Positions 17,901 through 26,916 of a stretch of 64,000 nucleotides of DNA are shown here, piece after piece. Where the stretch lies: the IMG/VR virus record IMGVR_UViG_3300025133_000032; one strand, given 5' to 3'. How positions within the stretch are numbered: position 1 is the stretch's first letter; every line of letters begins with the position of its first letter. The position numbers and the translations under genes were made by a program. Source of the DNA: a virus. The notes under the pieces were generated by a model. That model saw only the letters and a program-made list of their open reading frames with translations, was not told the origin of the DNA and did not search any database.

Positions 17901-19397
17901 CTCATGATCGTAAGCATAGACATAAAAAGTATCATCAGCGCTATACTCTTCAGATAATTGTTTTATCGTTTTATACCCATCTAGTGTAGCTATCTGTGTA
18001 TCGCCCGCCAAACAATATTCCATTTCAGCGAAATCTGCGTACCGTGAGTTATGGCAAACTATTGAATTTGTTGCAAAATTCTCATGCCCGTCGACAGTCA
18101 TATCGTAAACCGGAATTTTTTTCCAAGGAGTAACAGAGACAACTTTATGATTTCTAAAATTATCTTTCTTAAATTGCTTCCATTTTAAATCTTTTTTATC
18201 AAGAAATCGTGTAAGTGTTGCGCCGCTAATATTTAGTTGATCTGATATTTTTAAGACTGTTGGTTTATCGATTCTCTTTCCAGTTTCAACTATTAAATCA
18301 ATTGTTAATTTAGCAGTTTCACTTTTTCTTGATCGGCCTTTCCAGTATTCTGCAAAATTTCTTGAAGATTTTATTCTACCCTCAGCCCATGCGTGCTTTA
18401 TTGTTTTTGAATGTTTATTTTTATTTTCTTCTACTTTATACCAATCGCTACGTGTTTTCGCACCCTTTGCAACACTCTCAGGATTATGCGATGGATTATT
18501 ATTTAACCAATGATTTCGGCGCATTTCACGAATTTTTGGTTGGCGATTAACATTAGCGACACCGGCTCGTCGAGAGCCATCATCTTCATCCCAAGCTTGC
18601 TGGATCCCTGCAATCATTTTTTCGCGATGGTCGATCCATTGTTGCTTTGTATCTTGGGCATGTAACTTTAGGTGCTCTTTAGCATCCATAATTAACAAGT
18701 TGTCTGGAGTGTTATTCTCAGAATCATAATCAATATGATGAATATGTTCCTCGCCTTTCTTTACTTTTCTTTTTGTGCTCCACTCTGCAATTAATTTATG
18801 CTCAGATATCCACCCATTCCAACCAGATGGATCCATTGTATAAATGTTTTTATAACCGGTGAATTGTTTACCATCTTTTGATGTTCCATTAAACTGCTTA
18901 CGATAGAAAGGCATCATTGAGTCACCAGCTTTTAAACTGCCAGCGTCTTGATACTCCCCGCTACGTGTCATACAAGGATGATCAGGCGTACATATAAGCT
19001 CTGTGTCATCGTCAAATTTAATTTTTACAGTGTCTTTTATACCTGACTGTCTTGGATGATGCGCGTAAGCTGGAACTATCTGTTTTTTCTCATGATCATA
19101 TGAATAAACAATAAACTTTTCATCTTTAGGATATCGCTTAGCTAATTCTGCAATCGACACAAATCCCTCTTTTCCAGGAACTGGTATAAGTGTATGTCCC
19201 GCTAGACACTGTCGATCATATTGCCCATATGCATTTAATGCATTACTATATACTTGGCTGTATGATTTTTTAAATGCGGTTACCGCACTCGTTGCAGTTG
19301 GTTGTCTAAAAGAACGAACTTTTTTCTTTAATACCGGGCCGCCACGAAAAAGTTGCGTTAGCCTTTTGAATAAATCATCTCGTCGATTTTCTGCCAT
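14997..19397 (-). CDS. Portal protein, T4 gp20-like, interrupted by two inteins (spliced length ~708 aa)
   Basis: PEICSALDI, RNLCKYGD, ARRIWRQLILIEDAMLVYRVVRSPERRVFYIDVG, EDYFIPVRGG, TKIDTLAGG, LKVPKAYL, EDIRFSRTI. Confidence 0.95.
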   Translation of the reverse strand: MAENRRDDLFKRLTQLFRGGPVLKKKVRSFRQPTATSAVTAFKKSYSQVYSNALNAYGQYDRQCLAGHTLIPVPGKEGFVSIAELAKRYPKDEKFIVYSYDHEKKQIVPAYAHHPRQSGIKDTVKIKFDDDTELICTPDHPCMTRSGEYQDAGSLKAGDSMMPFYRKQFNGTSKDGKQFTGYKNIYTMDPSGWNGWISEHKLIAEWSTKRKVKKGEEHIHHIDYDSENNTPDNLLIMDAKEHLKLHAQDTKQQWIDHREKMIAGIQQAWDEDDGSRRAGVANVNRQPKIREMRRNHWLNNNPSHNPESVAKGAKTRSDWYKVEENKNKHSKTIKHAWAEGRIKSSRNFAEYWKGRSRKSETAKLTIDLIVETGKRIDKPTVLKISDQLNISGATLTRFLDKKDLKWKQFKKDNFRNHKVVSVTPWKKIPVYDMTVDGHENFATNSIVCHNSRYADFAEMEYCLAGDTQIATLDGYKTIKQLSEEYSADDTFYVYAYDHEKKSIVPALGKHARQTRFDHAWKVTFNSGKEIIGTANHRLMKRDGTFCRIDGLSAGDSMMPFYRKSWYGEGKGTDSGTDYRFIYTIANGWQREHKVVAEWASNRQLKEGEVVHHKNFTKFDNNPENLQIMTADEHNRYHRKILNGHKWSPDNQEWINKFKANHSKFMKENNPAERRDITFGKILEICENSEFNLYSLCSKLDTDPNVIKRRLRKNGFKNFETFAAAYSPGWKNNSWDNKGSKNPRYDSSLTFQSVCDTYEDGMQLSLLCEKLDTTAAKVKNRLKNNGYKNFTDFRENYANHKVVSVEYYGEIPLYDLTVDGYKNFATDTVISHNTPEICSALDIFSEETTAVNEKDSSLHIFSENPKIKQLLDELFLDIINVDHNLTAWTRNLCKYGDMFLFNDVHPELGVVNVFPMPVNEVEREEGYDPEEPLAVRFRWVTQGNQILDAWQVSHFRMVGNDAFLPYGSSVLESARRIWRQLILIEDAMLVYRVVRSPERRVFYIDVGTVPTEDIPNYMEAAQTKLKRSQVVDKSSGRVDLRYNPLSVDEDYFIPVRGGETGTKIDTLAGGQHVSDIADVEYIQRKLFSALKVPKAYLGYDESLSSKATLAQEDIRFSRTISKIQRVLISELEKIAQIHLYTHGYEGEDLSDFSLMLSNPSTVAQQQKLELFRTKFEIAGSIPEGLLDRSYIQKEVLSLSDDEIELIEKGRFKDRVLDLKLESEELEDNSPMGGGGGGALGGGGLGGGYEGEDGDGDLPDGLAGDDGGGGEDLDIDDDSGDSGAGEEDLFAGEDHGKRLIVSDDDPNDDEDISLHQALMDDGSEDDDKPRKRKKSVKQSDQLSRYGYNRKRRRTHGPTKTHMPDFSSIVKPDGDPNDLKFFRGSPFSGSLSDAILNDDSLLLAENKTSNMSYEMRVILTSLGKHIDSIKKEMKMPREMLTEYLNVDDIVINDPIFEIDLSDFENESDS
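16902..18014 (-). mobile_element. Intein 2 in portal (371 aa) with HNH endonuclease
   Basis: Starts Y/CLAGDTQI; block B IIGTANHRL; VVHHKNFTKFDNNPENL...EH (HNH); ends LYDLTVDGYKNF...ISHN/T. Confidence 0.93.
18048..19208 (-). mobile_element. Intein 1 in portal (387 aa) with HNH endonuclease
   Basis: Starts Q/CLAGHTLI; block B LICTPDHP; HHIDYDSENNTPDNL...EH (HNH); ends VYDMTVDGHENF...VCHN/S. Confidence 0.93.
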
Positions 19398-19447
19398 TAC
19401 ATCTTACCTTACACAAAAACTTGAAAATGTGAACACTCGAAGCTTAT

Positions 19448-21076
19448 TCAAAACAGCCAATCCATATTAGCAGCGGGGTTTGTGTTCTTTTTCCGCTTTT
19501 TGTTCGCTTCGATACCAGTCCCACCAGCGTATGGTACCATCCCTGTCCAGGAAGGTAGTACTTCATTACCATTATTGCTTAAATTTTCGAAATCATTGTG
19601 TGACATACCAAACCCGCCCAACATAGCAGAATTTAGTTTCGTTGCAAAGTGGCTATGTGTTCCAGACACATCAAATAAATATAGTCCAATAGCTAAAGCC
19701 ATCACTAAGTCGTCATTGCAACTTTTTTGTGCCTGGGGTTTGCGACCCTTCATAATGAATGTTTTGAACTCATCATATAATCGCGAAGAATACGTTTTGA
19801 ACACCCTATTGCGGATAACTTCTTCCAACTTTGTTAAAACATTCTCTCGTGACCCTTTTTGCATGTCAAACCCAGCATTCGAAACTGAATTTGGTTGCAC
19901 ATAGTCACCTACAGGTGCGTGTTTTTTGTTTTCGTAGTATATATTCGTGTACCCAATATAATCTATTAGATGGATTAGAACATGGTTACCGTATGTGTTC
20001 TTCTCTGGTGCAATCAGCGCGTTATTATATTTTATTGCATACTCAGCAAGCAGATTTGCGAACTTATCTGGTCTTATTTTGCCGCGATATTCTGCAACTT
20101 GCTCTGCCAATGTTGTATTGATAACATGAAAAGTAGAATAGTCATTACTATCACCACGTCCGACGTCTGCGGAGATAATATACTTGACGTCATCGTCGAT
20201 TATCGGCTCTTTCCAGACCCAAACATTTCTTTCTGGCCCTTCACGCCTAATAGGGTCAATGATATTTTGGCTTACCCATTCTATATCACTAGCCTCTAAG
20301 TATGTATCACCAGAAGCACCAAAGTCGCACAAAAGTTCTTGAGCGACGCCTTTTTTTGACAGTTTTGTACATTCGTTCTCAAACCATGCTTGATCACGTT
20401 CTGGGTGTACGTCCCAAGGCAGCAAAATTGGGAAGAATTCGCTTGTTCCGTCTTGTGCATCCTTCCATAACGTGTGAAACTGGTTACCAACACCCTTTGG
20501 GGTCGAAATAATTATAGCCCGACCACCCGTTGATAATGTAGAGTTCAAACCCGTCCATAATTCATCAAAATTGTTGATATGGGCTGCTTCGTCAATGATC
20601 AACAAAGATAGAGCTTCTGATCGACCAGCATCGGGAGCAGTCGGGATAGCTTCAACTCTTGAATTCGAGGGCGCACCAAAAATAAGTGATTGCTTATTAT
20701 CTTCAACGATCTTAGGTAAAACAAGCCACTTAGGGAGGCTATTAACGACATGTTTTACTTTACGGATCAATCCCATTGCCGTCTTTAACTTCGTAGCCAT
20801 CACCAATACTTCTTTATTTCTGTGAAATATTAGTAACCAAGCAGCATATGCAGTGGCGAGAGTCGTTAGACCAAGCTGGCGTGATTTATTTACGATCACA
20901 TACCTATTAGAAACGAATGCTTTAAGACAGTCATCCTGAAATGGAAATGTCTTGAATATGACTGGTCCTTTTACTGGGTGAGGAATTTTTGCGTAAGTAT
21001 TAAGGAAATAATGCGGATCTCTTGCGCACCGACGGATTTCATCAGTTTGCATCTTTTTACTTACTGATAATGACAT
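19448..21076 (-). CDS. Terminase large subunit, T4 gp17-like
   Basis: FPFQ, KSRQLGLTT (Walker A variant), LLIIDEAAHI, ISTPKG, ISADVGRG, NDDLVMALAI. Confidence 0.95.
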   Translation of the reverse strand: MSLSVSKKMQTDEIRRCARDPHYFLNTYAKIPHPVKGPVIFKTFPFQDDCLKAFVSNRYVIVNKSRQLGLTTLATAYAAWLLIFHRNKEVLVMATKLKTAMGLIRKVKHVVNSLPKWLVLPKIVEDNKQSLIFGAPSNSRVEAIPTAPDAGRSEALSLLIIDEAAHINNFDELWTGLNSTLSTGGRAIIISTPKGVGNQFHTLWKDAQDGTSEFFPILLPWDVHPERDQAWFENECTKLSKKGVAQELLCDFGASGDTYLEASDIEWVSQNIIDPIRREGPERNVWVWKEPIIDDDVKYIISADVGRGDSNDYSTFHVINTTLAEQVAEYRGKIRPDKFANLLAEYAIKYNNALIAPEKNTYGNHVLIHLIDYIGYTNIYYENKKHAPVGDYVQPNSVSNAGFDMQKGSRENVLTKLEEVIRNRVFKTYSSRLYDEFKTFIMKGRKPQAQKSCNDDLVMALAIGLYLFDVSGTHSHFATKLNSAMLGGFGMSHNDFENLSNNGNEVLPSWTGMVPYAGGTGIEANKKRKKNTNPAANMDWLF

Positions 21077-21082
21077 ATTGAC

Positions 21083-21538
21083 CTACGAGATTCCGTATAC
21101 TGCCGTAACTCTGTAGTATGCTCGCTTGTGTGCTAGTGGAGTAACCTGTGTATAAGGACTAAGTGAGCTTCCTGTTTGCAGCATTTCAATAGAGTCTGTA
21201 ATTGCGGAATCTTTGACTTTAAGTATCTTCTTTTGACATGCACGATACTCTTTCTTAATTGACTTCACCTTATCGTCCATCAGCTTTTTTGCTTGAGCCA
21301 TGAACTTTGTTCTTTGGACGTGAGATTCTTCTGCAGTCCTAAATGTTATTACGGTGACGTACTTTACAATGAGCTTTAAGTCTTTTCCCTCTTCATATTG
21401 TACTGCTCCCTGCAAATTACATTTTATAGAGTGCTGGGGTGACGTTCTGAGTGGGTAACCCGTTCCGTCTGCCGATGAAGCTCCCCAGTCAGTATTAATG
21501 ATTTGTCCGATAGTGTTTATCTCTTCAGTTGATAGCAT
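21083..21538 (-). CDS. Hypothetical protein upstream of terminase
   Basis: 151 aa; GAGG Shine-Dalgarno; putative late-promoter motif upstream. Confidence 0.7.
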   Translation of the reverse strand: MLSTEEINTIGQIINTDWGASSADGTGYPLRTSPQHSIKCNLQGAVQYEEGKDLKLIVKYVTVITFRTAEESHVQRTKFMAQAKKLMDDKVKSIKKEYRACQKKILKVKDSAITDSIEMLQTGSSLSPYTQVTPLAHKRAYYRVTAVYGIS

Positions 21539-21588
21539 CTTATAACCTCACGCAAATATCTAACATTAATTATGGTCCATGGACTTAA

Positions 21589-21930
21589 TTAGACACTTAA
21601 CTTTATTACCTTCTTTCTAATTTGTCTTTTTTTATTTTCGGCGTGGACCTGTTGCTGTGATGGTCGCCAACCCTCTTGCCAATCTTTTTGGTGTGTATCA
21701 TACCATTTTAATGAGCACAAAAAACAGCATTCATTACTGTCATAGCTTATGACGTCGTCACCCATAAGCATAGCATGACCACAAACACCACAGAATAGCG
21801 GCATTGGAGCAGTAGAGTTTTTAGATTTAATTATACTAAATCCAAGCTGATGATGAAATATCAGCCTAGAATCATCGAGTGATTCCCAGTTATTACACAT
21901 ATAAGTATAATAACTGGAAACACCCAACAA
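21589..21930 (-). CDS. Small Cys-rich (CxxC...CCxxC) protein; likely start ATG 21900
   Basis: PLFCGVCG and ECCFLC motifs, W-rich C-terminus. Confidence 0.6.
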   Translation of the reverse strand: MLGVSSYYTYMCNNWESLDDSRLIFHHQLGFSIIKSKNSTAPMPLFCGVCGHAMLMGDDVISYDSNECCFLCSLKWYDTHQKDWQEGWRPSQQQVHAENKKRQIRKKVIKLSV

Positions 21931-21935
21931 ATAAA

Positions 21936-24515
21936 CTAATCGCAGATAACTAGTGAGTCCTTTGTATTTTCTGGTCGCGTAATCTCGATTAAGTTGTCAG
22001 TAATATCTTTCACGCCGTCGATATGCGAAATAACTAAAATGTTCTTATACCAGCGCTTCAAAGAAGCTAGCATTCTGTTACATGCTTCGATGCTAGATTC
22101 ATCCAAAGTACCGAACCCTTCATCTATTATTAGGAAATCTGGTCGGGGCAGCGATGACGCATTTTGTAAAGCGACCCTAATAGCTAGTGATGAAATCATC
22201 TTTTCCATTCCGGAACCTAACTCTATTAATCGCTTTGAGTCGCCATAATCTATATAGATGTTTGTCCTATCGTCACCCTCATCTTTCTCGAATCGTAATG
22301 TAAAGTTCACAATCCCTTGTAGCGTTTTTTGAATCTCTGAATTTATCACTGGTAACTGAGATTCTATTATCTGTGTGGGTATCCCTTTTTTTGACGTCGC
22401 TAGCGTAAACATTTCGAACAGCTTCCACTTTGTTCGAATACCTTTATACTCGTCACGCTCTTTTGTAAGCCTTTCTATTTCATTTTTTAAACTTCCCTGC
22501 TCTGATGCTACTAATATCCTGTTTTTGTCTATTTGGTTTACTTTCGTTTGCAGGGTGCCTATTTCTGTTTTGATGTTATCCGTCTTGTCATCAGTAGTAT
22601 CAACAACCCTGAGCGTATAGTCAGATAGTGTGTACTCCGCATTAGCAATATTTTTTTGCATATCTGCAATATCACGTTCAGTGCTGTCCAATGATGCTTT
22701 AGATTTTGCAATCTCTGTATCAAGCTTTATCTTTTTCTTGACAAGCATGCCATGCTCTTTTATCTTACTCTCCACTGATTCCAGCTCTAGGGACGTTAAA
22801 GCCTTCTCTGACTCTTCTACGTCCTTCATTAAAGCAGCAACTTTCGATTCCTGTGTAATGACCAATGCTTTATCTCTATGTGAGTCCTTAATATACTTAC
22901 ACCCAGGAAATTTATCATCACATGGAACATCTGCTAGTTTTAAAACAGACTTTCTTTGCAGTTTGAGTCTATCGTAAGCTTTTTCGTGTTCATGTTTTAA
23001 AGCCAATGTCGCACGCTTCAGATTATGTATACTCTGTGCTTTTTCATTTAGCTCGTTAATTGAAATTTCACTAAGCAACATCTCTGTATTAGACAACAGC
23101 TCTTTGTTACTCTTCATGCTAGCGTAGACTTGCTCCTTTACACTCATGTCAGACTTCAAGTTGTTTAAAAGTTGCGCTAACTTCTTTTTTTGGCGTTCAA
23201 CATCACCCGGCGTGATTTGTGTAGCATGTTTTGATGTTGCAAGTTTGACCTTTAGAACATCTAGCTCTTCTCTGTAAGCACTTAGACTCTTCTCTGCCGT
23301 ACTTAATATACCACCATACTGGAGTATTTTGTCTTTATGCTGTGCAATCGTGCTATCCCAATCAACATCAGGAGCATTTTTTACCTGAGCCTTGATCAAG
23401 CTTGAATCTTCTTTCACATATGCATTGATCTTATCAAATATAACAACATCTAAGAGTCTAGAGATTATTTGGTCACGTGTTGTAGTACCAGCATCGATGA
23501 ACTTATTCATACCATCTTGTGATGCTAATGCAGTCATCATAAAATCTTCTGGTGAACCGATAAGCTTCCTTATCTCTTTCTCCGTATCTTTTCTTTGCTC
23601 TCCGTTAAGTTCTTTCTTCACAGTTCCGTCATCATTTAAAAGATCAAAGTTTAAGCTTGTTATTGCATGTTTGTGCCCAGCTTTTGTTTCATTTCTTACC
23701 GACTGTCTAGAAACACGATAATCTTTGCCATTCACTGTGATTACAACAGTAGAGACGCAATGATTATACCTGATGTTTATCATGTGAAGGTTTTTTATTG
23801 ACCCTCTGTCTGATTGGTTAAACAACGCAAAGAGTAGCGTTCCTAATAATGATGATTTGCCTATTCTATTTGCTCCAAAAATGCCTGTTATGCCACGTAA
23901 GTTCTTAAAATTTACTCTATTTCCTGAGCCGTACCCGAATGTGTTATCGAATGTCATTTCTTTTAATGACCATCTAATACCACGAGCAGTCTGATCATCA
24001 ACCACAGCACGGGCAGTGTACTTTTTTATCATATCTCGTACCTCAACCCACTCTTTATCAGAGAACTCATCCTCCTTGAAAAATTCACGAAACAGCTTAA
24101 GCATAATGTCAGGATCACGAAGGTCTGTTTTTTGCAGAGATATATTCTGTGTATCAATGACGTTCGAGTCGACGATATGTTCATCTTTGAAAACGACCTC
24201 AGATGCACCTCTTACAGCCTTTATCTCATTCGTAAGCTGCTTAACTTCAGTCTGTGTGATCAGTGCATTTGATCTGACGCGGATTCGGGCCCCTTTTGGT
24301 ACATTATTTATCGCACTGACGGTATCTTTAATAGTCCCTTTCCAATCGATCGTCCAAAACTCTCTATCATGTTCAATTTTCTTGAATGTAACATCAAAAT
24401 CTTTTTTTGCTCTAATTTCCCATAGCAAATAGCCTTTCCCAGGCTCTTCGCCGTAAGATTGCATAATTGTTGATCCGCTATATCCGATATAGGGCTTTTT
24501 AATCTTTATTTTCAT
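21936..24515 (-). CDS. SbcC/Rad50/gp46-like ATPase carrying the C-terminal part of the SbcD nuclease at its N-terminus
   Basis: N-terminal YSGSTIMQSYGE...KGYLLW; Walker A GANRIGKSS; coiled coil; LGSGMEK signature; LIIDEGFGTLD; VISH. Confidence 0.9.
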   Translation of the reverse strand: MKIKIKKPYIGYSGSTIMQSYGEEPGKGYLLWEIRAKKDFDVTFKKIEHDREFWTIDWKGTIKDTVSAINNVPKGARIRVRSNALITQTEVKQLTNEIKAVRGASEVVFKDEHIVDSNVIDTQNISLQKTDLRDPDIMLKLFREFFKEDEFSDKEWVEVRDMIKKYTARAVVDDQTARGIRWSLKEMTFDNTFGYGSGNRVNFKNLRGITGIFGANRIGKSSLLGTLLFALFNQSDRGSIKNLHMINIRYNHCVSTVVITVNGKDYRVSRQSVRNETKAGHKHAITSLNFDLLNDDGTVKKELNGEQRKDTEKEIRKLIGSPEDFMMTALASQDGMNKFIDAGTTTRDQIISRLLDVVIFDKINAYVKEDSSLIKAQVKNAPDVDWDSTIAQHKDKILQYGGILSTAEKSLSAYREELDVLKVKLATSKHATQITPGDVERQKKKLAQLLNNLKSDMSVKEQVYASMKSNKELLSNTEMLLSEISINELNEKAQSIHNLKRATLALKHEHEKAYDRLKLQRKSVLKLADVPCDDKFPGCKYIKDSHRDKALVITQESKVAALMKDVEESEKALTSLELESVESKIKEHGMLVKKKIKLDTEIAKSKASLDSTERDIADMQKNIANAEYTLSDYTLRVVDTTDDKTDNIKTEIGTLQTKVNQIDKNRILVASEQGSLKNEIERLTKERDEYKGIRTKWKLFEMFTLATSKKGIPTQIIESQLPVINSEIQKTLQGIVNFTLRFEKDEGDDRTNIYIDYGDSKRLIELGSGMEKMISSLAIRVALQNASSLPRPDFLIIDEGFGTLDESSIEACNRMLASLKRWYKNILVISHIDGVKDITDNLIEITRPENTKDSLVICD

Positions 24516-24522
24516 CTAATCT

Positions 24523-25170
24523 CTACGAAATGACTTCAGCATTAGGGTACTTGTGAAGATCTTCTTCGTCTATTTCAATCTCATATTCTCTGTAATCAAG
24601 AAATTGCTGACGGTGGATATCACCAAGCATAACATAATCATAATCTTTAAAAAAATCGACAGCTAATTCTGATTCAAGTTCCCAACCTGCATCAGTAACG
24701 CTACCTGTAACAGAACCATGAAATAACGCAATGTTTATTTCACCCTCTACAGGCTTTACTCTACTCCATCCTTCTTCATCAAAAACTGAAAATACGCACC
24801 AATTATAACCTGGGGCAAAATTATATGTTCCAGACTCTTTATACAGGAATATCCTGTCGTCATCTATTGCATTAATGATGGGTGATATTGCATCTTGCCT
24901 ATAAGAGTTTACCAGATTCCCATCATGATTCCCTAGAATTACGTGGACATCACAGATCTTGACCATCTCTTTGAACCACCAAGTAAGCTGATCAATCAGT
25001 TCTGGTGATATTCCTTGCGTTTTGTTATGAACGATATCGCCTGCTATCATGATGATATCAGGCTTTGTTACTTTTAGTTCTTCGAATAATTTTTCAAAAA
25101 CTCTTCTATACTCTTCGTGGCGTTGAAGGCCCCGCCAATGCACGTCACCAATGTGTACTATGCGACACAT
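24523..25170 (-). CDS. SbcD/Mre11/gp47-like metallophosphoesterase, N-terminal part
   Basis: HIGDVH, IAGDIVH, ILGNHD, LFHG, LGDIH motifs; the last YxGS motif is missing and sits in the next gene. Confidence 0.9.
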   Translation of the reverse strand: MCRIVHIGDVHWRGLQRHEEYRRVFEKLFEELKVTKPDIIMIAGDIVHNKTQGISPELIDQLTWWFKEMVKICDVHVILGNHDGNLVNSYRQDAISPIINAIDDDRIFLYKESGTYNFAPGYNWCVFSVFDEEGWSRVKPVEGEINIALFHGSVTGSVTDAGWELESELAVDFFKDYDYVMLGDIHRQQFLDYREYEIEIDEEDLHKYPNAEVIS

Positions 25171-25267
25171 AGCTTATCCCCATGTATATCAAGAGCAAAT
25201 TCTTGTTTAATCATATATGATTATACATGTATATGGTAAATAGTGTTAATCAGGTAACAGACTCCAG

Positions 25268-26887
25268 TCAGGCACGTGAGGCGGCCCACTTGACATCTAT
25301 GTCTTCATCTTTCAAAAGTGCGAACAGAACATCATCTGGTGTGTTTTTATTGAGTCCTACACATGTCTTAACTGAACTATTGGGATCTTTCGCAAGTACC
25401 CTTAATATATCAGGTGATATATTGGGGTTATTCGCTAAACCCCACCTAACTCCTGCGGCTTTATCTTTTATAAGAGCTTTTAAGACATCACCCGGCGTGC
25501 GGTGGTTCATCGCCACCGCACGCCGGACATTTGCACCTGGGTCTTTTGAAAGTTCTCTTAAAGTCTCAGGGGGCATATTATTGGACGCAGCATTTTGCCT
25601 TGTCTGGTGATCGTTATCTTTTGCAAGCTCTTCCAGGGAGTCGGGAGGTGTATTTGGGTTTGATGCTATACCACGTTTAGTCTGTTTATCTTTACTTTTC
25701 ACAAGTTCTCTCAAAGTATCAACTGGTATATTTGGGTTAAGTAATGTATTGTACCGTGTAGTTTCATCAGGATCTTTCGCAAGCTCTTTTAAGGAATCAA
25801 CTGGTGTATTTGGGTTTGATGCTGCGCAATGCCTAACCGTTGCATCTTTATCTTTTGCAAGTTCTCTCAAAGTATCAACGTGTACGCTTGTATTATAAGC
25901 TACATCTTGTCGAATGCGGACATCTTTGCTTTTTGACATTTTTGAATAGTGGTGGTTATTTAAAACAATAATATAATCTTGAACGTCTTTTGTTGGCTTT
26001 AAGCCAGCAATATTCTTGAATTGATTTGTAGTTGCGACGAATGCGGGTGGTCTTAAGCCCTGAGCGAATTTTTTAAATCTTGGAACTGACGTTACTGCTT
26101 TCTTGATATCTCTTATTGCTGGGTGGACGTCATCGATTGCACGGCTCATTTCGATAGCCGCATGTATCTTGGGCCATTCATCACCAAAAGCTTCCTGGAA
26201 ATCAAACTGTTGATTATTTTGGTTAACAGTCATTTCATTCGGGTGTGATGGTTGTACCTCACCGCCGATTGTTCCGATTGACCACTTCTTATTTTCGTCA
26301 TGTTTATCAAGAACATAATAAAGTGATGTTGTACCTTCTAAAATATAGCTATAAAATAGATTCTCGCCCTTTGTTCTTGCAGTGCACCATGTTGTGCCCT
26401 TTCCGATTGCACAAGAAGCCTGGATGCTTCTTGGCATCAGAACAATAAAGTTGTCTGACTCATAAACTTTGTCAGCATCGCCAGATGCTGCCTTGAAGTC
26501 TATCTTAGAGTCATCAGGAAGCTCTTCAAGCTTCCTGTGTAAATCACCGGCCGTTCTATAACTATTAATGTCTGCGTCTTTTCCCTTTAGCTTCTGTCTG
26601 CTTTTGGCGCCATCAAAAGAAATAATGAGGGGCGAAATGTCTCTTAAAGGTTCTTGATTTGAACGTGAAACACGTTCAAGCCACATAAGATATTGTCTTA
26701 GTTTGGCTTGAGGTAGAGCTTGAAGTTTTTCTAAAACTTCATCCCACTCTTCTGGAGACCTGTTAGATTTTGCTTTGACATCATCAATCGCACCTTCTGA
26801 GAGTAATTGTCTGGCTAGGTCTTTTATGCGGGCCTCTACCAGCTGATTTGAAATTATTTCCCGGAGTTCTCTAATCGTGATGAGCAT
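25268..26887 (-). CDS. Leader + PcfJ-like (WCT) domain + ~9 LRV/HEAT-like 24-aa repeats; probable head-packaged protein
   Basis: MLITIRELREIISNQLVE leader; ASCAIGKGTTWCTA; repeated LAKDxDxxVRxxxAxNPNTP. Confidence 0.75.
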   Translation of the reverse strand: MLITIRELREIISNQLVEARIKDLARQLLSEGAIDDVKAKSNRSPEEWDEVLEKLQALPQAKLRQYLMWLERVSRSNQEPLRDISPLIISFDGAKSRQKLKGKDADINSYRTAGDLHRKLEELPDDSKIDFKAASGDADKVYESDNFIVLMPRSIQASCAIGKGTTWCTARTKGENLFYSYILEGTTSLYYVLDKHDENKKWSIGTIGGEVQPSHPNEMTVNQNNQQFDFQEAFGDEWPKIHAAIEMSRAIDDVHPAIRDIKKAVTSVPRFKKFAQGLRPPAFVATTNQFKNIAGLKPTKDVQDYIIVLNNHHYSKMSKSKDVRIRQDVAYNTSVHVDTLRELAKDKDATVRHCAASNPNTPVDSLKELAKDPDETTRYNTLLNPNIPVDTLRELVKSKDKQTKRGIASNPNTPPDSLEELAKDNDHQTRQNAASNNMPPETLRELSKDPGANVRRAVAMNHRTPGDVLKALIKDKAAGVRWGLANNPNISPDILRVLAKDPNSSVKTCVGLNKNTPDDVLFALLKDEDIDVKWAASRA

Positions 26888-26916
26888 ATACGATAACTAT
26901 TGCACACACACACGAA

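Noticed and set aside
20860-20895. Terminase Walker A lacking the canonical lysine (RQLGLTT)
   Set aside because: All other ATPase and nuclease motifs are intact; treated as a lineage variant rather than inactivation
24516-24525. TAG readthrough or split intein joining SbcD and SbcC
   Set aside because: The downstream gene is in a different frame and readthrough hits TAA within 8 codons; no Cys/Ser start or His-Asn end motifs
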